DNA from: Candidatus Krumholzibacteriia bacterium
Lineage (GTDB): Bacteria; Krumholzibacteriota; Krumholzibacteriia; LZORAL124-64-63
Assembly: GCA_046484865.1 (NCBI GenBank)
Contig: JAWOID010000083.1
Location: 1 to 19,075, forward strand
Length of the DNA stretch: 19,075 bases
Direction: 5' to 3'
Shown piece after piece: positions 17,035 to 19,075 of the stretch (position 1 is its first letter; the number at the start of each line of letters is the position of its first letter). The position numbers and the translations under genes are program-made. The notes under the pieces are model-generated. The model searched no databases. It was not told the origin of the DNA and saw only the letters and a list, made by a program, of their open reading frames with translations.

Positions 17035-17043
17035 TGGTACACT
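17035..17043 (+). promoter_or_regulatory. Candidate extended -10 promoter (TGgTACACT) for the PhzF-like gene
   Basis: TG at 17035-17036, TACACT at 17038-17043, weak -35 TGGATT at 17015-17020 (17-nt spacer). Confidence 0.5.
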
Positions 17044-17187
17044 GTTTTTCTGGGGTCGTCCGCATCCCGAATTCGCTTCCCGTGACTTCCTCGGTCCGGT
17101 TCTCCGTCTGCCCGGCCTCCGGCCCGCCGGCGGATCAACCACACCCGCCGGCCGGCATGTCCGCGCCGCGCTTCCGGGAGGTCGATC

Positions 17188-18120
17188 ATGGCCCAGATAC
17201 CCATCCAGATCGTGGACGCGTTCGCCGAGCGCCCCTTCACCGGGCAACCGGCGGCCATCATCCCGAACGCATCTGGCCTCACGGACGAACAGATGCTGCA
17301 GATCGCGGAGGAACTGGGCATGGAGGCGGGTTTCGTCATGCCGCCCGCGCAACGCGAGGCGGACGTGCGCTTGCGGTTCTTCACCCGGAGGCGCGAGGCG
17401 ACCTTCAGCGGCCACGTGGTGGTGGCGGCATTCCTGGGTCTGGCGGACCGCGGCTTCTTCAAGCCCACCGCGGCCGGGCTGCAACTGCACCAGGAGACTG
17501 CCGCCGGCGTCTTTGCCGTCACGCTCACGCGGGAGGCCGACCGGCGAACCCGCGTGAGCTTCGAGCTGCCCCGGCCGCGTTTCGGCGAACTGGTGCCGGC
17601 CGCCGAGGTGGCGACGGCCCTGGATATCCCGCTCGCGGCGATCGGTCTGAACGACCACGGCCCGCAACGCGTGTCCTGCGGGTTCGACGTCATCGTGGTC
17701 CCGGTGGCACGACGCGAGGTGATGCGCGGCAGCTTCCGCAATCTCGACACGATGCGGGAGCTGGCCGACCGCCGGGGCGTGAGCGGATTCGCGCTGTTCT
17801 GCCCGCACACGTTCAGCACGTCGGCCGACTTCCACTGCCGCTTCCTCTTTCCGGCCGAGGTCTGCTGCGAGGAGCCGGTGAGCGGCACCTCGCTGGCGTC
17901 GGTGTCCGCCTACGCCGTGGAACACGGGCTGCTCGCGGGGGACGAGCGGGTGGAGGTGGTCACCGAGCAGGGTCACTCGATGGGCCGGCCCAGCCAGGTG
18001 GTGACGGAGGTACGGAGCCTCGGAGGACGGGTCTCGCGTGTCTGCGTCACCGGAACGGGGATGGTGGTGATGCGCGGCGCGCTCACCCTCGTGCCGGGTA
18101 TGCAGGCGGCCGCGGTCTAA
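17188..18120 (+). CDS. PhzF/PhzC-family (DAP-epimerase fold) isomerase-like protein, 310 aa
   Basis: IVDAFAERPFTGQPAAI, MLQIAEELGMEAGFV, LRFFT...FSGH, ETAAG, EEPVSGTS, EQGHSMGRPS. GGGAGG RBS. Confidence 0.88.
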   Translation: MAQIPIQIVDAFAERPFTGQPAAIIPNASGLTDEQMLQIAEELGMEAGFVMPPAQREADVRLRFFTRRREATFSGHVVVAAFLGLADRGFFKPTAAGLQLHQETAAGVFAVTLTREADRRTRVSFELPRPRFGELVPAAEVATALDIPLAAIGLNDHGPQRVSCGFDVIVVPVARREVMRGSFRNLDTMRELADRRGVSGFALFCPHTFSTSADFHCRFLFPAEVCCEEPVSGTSLASVSAYAVEHGLLAGDERVEVVTEQGHSMGRPSQVVTEVRSLGGRVSRVCVTGTGMVVMRGALTLVPGMQAAAV

Positions 18121-18184
18121 GCCCGGATCATTCACGAAATGACCTGCTGCGGCCGGTCGAAAAAGTCGCGGGGTGGCCCCTCGA

Positions 18185-18876
18185 GCGCCGGTGCCTGCCG
18201 CGCTCGCGCCGGTGCCCGCCTCACAGCGCGCCGGTGCCCACCCGCGCCGGAGCCCGCCCCGCAGCGCGCCGGTGCCCGCCTCACAGCGTACCCCGGGTGG
18301 CCCCTCACGCACGAAACAGGAGCGCTTCAGTTGTACACCCGGGTACACTGCGCAGGTGCGTACCCACCCGCGCCGGAGCCCGCCTCACAGCGTACCCCGG
18401 GTGGCCTCACACGCACGAAACAGGAGTGCTCCAGTTGTGCACCTGGGTGCACTGCGCCGGTGCTTACCCCAGATGATGGCCGGGGTAGCCCTCAAGCCCG
18501 ACGCGGCGGCCGGGGCTGGTCCCTCGTGCACAAAACAGGAGTGCTCCAGTTGTGCACCCGGGTACACTGCGCCGGTGCCTACCCCACCCGCGCCGGAGCC
18601 CGCCCCGCAGTGCGCCGGTGCCCGCCTCACAGCGTACCCCGGGTGGCCTCACACGCACGAAACAGGAGTGCTCCAGTTGTGCACCCGGGTGCACTGCGCC
18701 GGTGCTTACCCCAGATGATGGCCGGGGTAGCCCCTCAAGCCCGACGCGGCGGCTGGGGCTGGTCCCTCATGCACAAGCCAGGAGCGCTTCAGTTGTGTAC
18801 CCGGGTACACTGCGCCGGTGCCTACCCCACCCGCCGCCGGAGCCCGCCCCGCAGCGCGCGCCGGTGCCCGGTGCCT
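18185..18876. repeat. Composite palindromic repeat array: five ~59-bp cores with two alternating linkers (REP/BIME-like architecture)
   Basis: Core GCACRAAACAGGAGYGCTYCAGTTGTRYACCYGGGTRCACTGCGCCGGTGCYTACCCCA at 18309, 18413, 18528, 18655 and 18771. Higher-order period 242-243 bp. About 15 copies of the sub-motif GCGCCGGWGC. Confidence 0.9.
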
Positions 18877-18912
18877 GCCCGCAAAGTCCGCAATTCACGG
18901 CCAGCCATGCCA

Positions 18913-19075
18913 GAGCGGCGTGGCGGCGTGGCGGCGGGGGCGGCGGGGGCGGCAGAGCGGCGTGGCGGCGGGGGCGGCGGAGGCGGCGTGGCGGCGGGGC
19001 GGCGGAGCGGCGTGGCCGCGTGGCCGCGTGGCGGCGGGGGCGGGGTGGCGTGGCCGCGTGGCGGCGGGGGCGGGG
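18913..19075. repeat. G-rich low-complexity tract (GGCGTGGCGGCGGGG-like units), runs off the right edge
   Basis: Reiterated GCGGCGTGGCGGCGGGGG(C) and GTGGCCGC units, strongly G-biased on the plus strand. Confidence 0.85.

Noticed and set aside
17188..18120. Phenazine or staphylopine/pseudopaline-type biosynthesis (PhzF/DapF fold plus EamA exporter)
   Set aside because: No phzA/B/D/E/G, nicotianamine-synthase-like or opine dehydrogenase genes are present, and the EamA gene is 15 kb away.
18141..18165. Rho-independent terminator (GACC...GGTC followed by an A run)
   Set aside because: The stem is only 4 bp with a long loop and there is no U-tract downstream on the plus strand; too weak to call.
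18173..18718. Cys-rich peptide or RiPP precursor (ECSSCAPGYT-like) encoded by the array
   Set aside because: Core spacings are not multiples of three, so copies fall in different frames; no clear RBS and no maturase nearby.
18309..18829. CRISPR array
   Set aside because: Repeats are ~59 bp and degenerate, the intervening sequences are themselves repeated (two types), and no cas genes are in the window.

Overview
Very GC-rich bacterial DNA, probably from a diderm (it encodes RND transporters with a lipoprotein adaptor). Ten protein-coding genes are supported. On the minus strand, in transcription order: a 770-aa secreted TPR / beta-sandwich / degenerate alpha-beta-hydrolase protein; an MtfA-like M90 zinc peptidase; a tightly coupled four-gene unit (secreted 6-bladed beta-propeller, lipoprotein membrane-fusion protein, two different RND permeases, no TolC in the window) behind a candidate ECF-sigma promoter; and an EamA/DMT exporter coupled to an M20D amidohydrolase that runs off the left edge and is missing from the ORF track. 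On the plus strand: a YtcJ-like amidohydrolase and a PhzF-family protein with altered active-site motifs. The last ~900 bp appear non-coding: five ~59-bp palindromic cores joined by two alternating linkers, then a G-rich low-complexity tract. Best candidates for something undescribed: (i) the beta-propeller + MFP + asymmetric RND pair, (ii) the structured repeat array, (iii) the Ser-to-Asp pseudo-hydrolase. Family calls come from motifs read by eye; no database searches were run. Most other long ORFs in the track are antisense or off-frame shadows typical of high-GC DNA.
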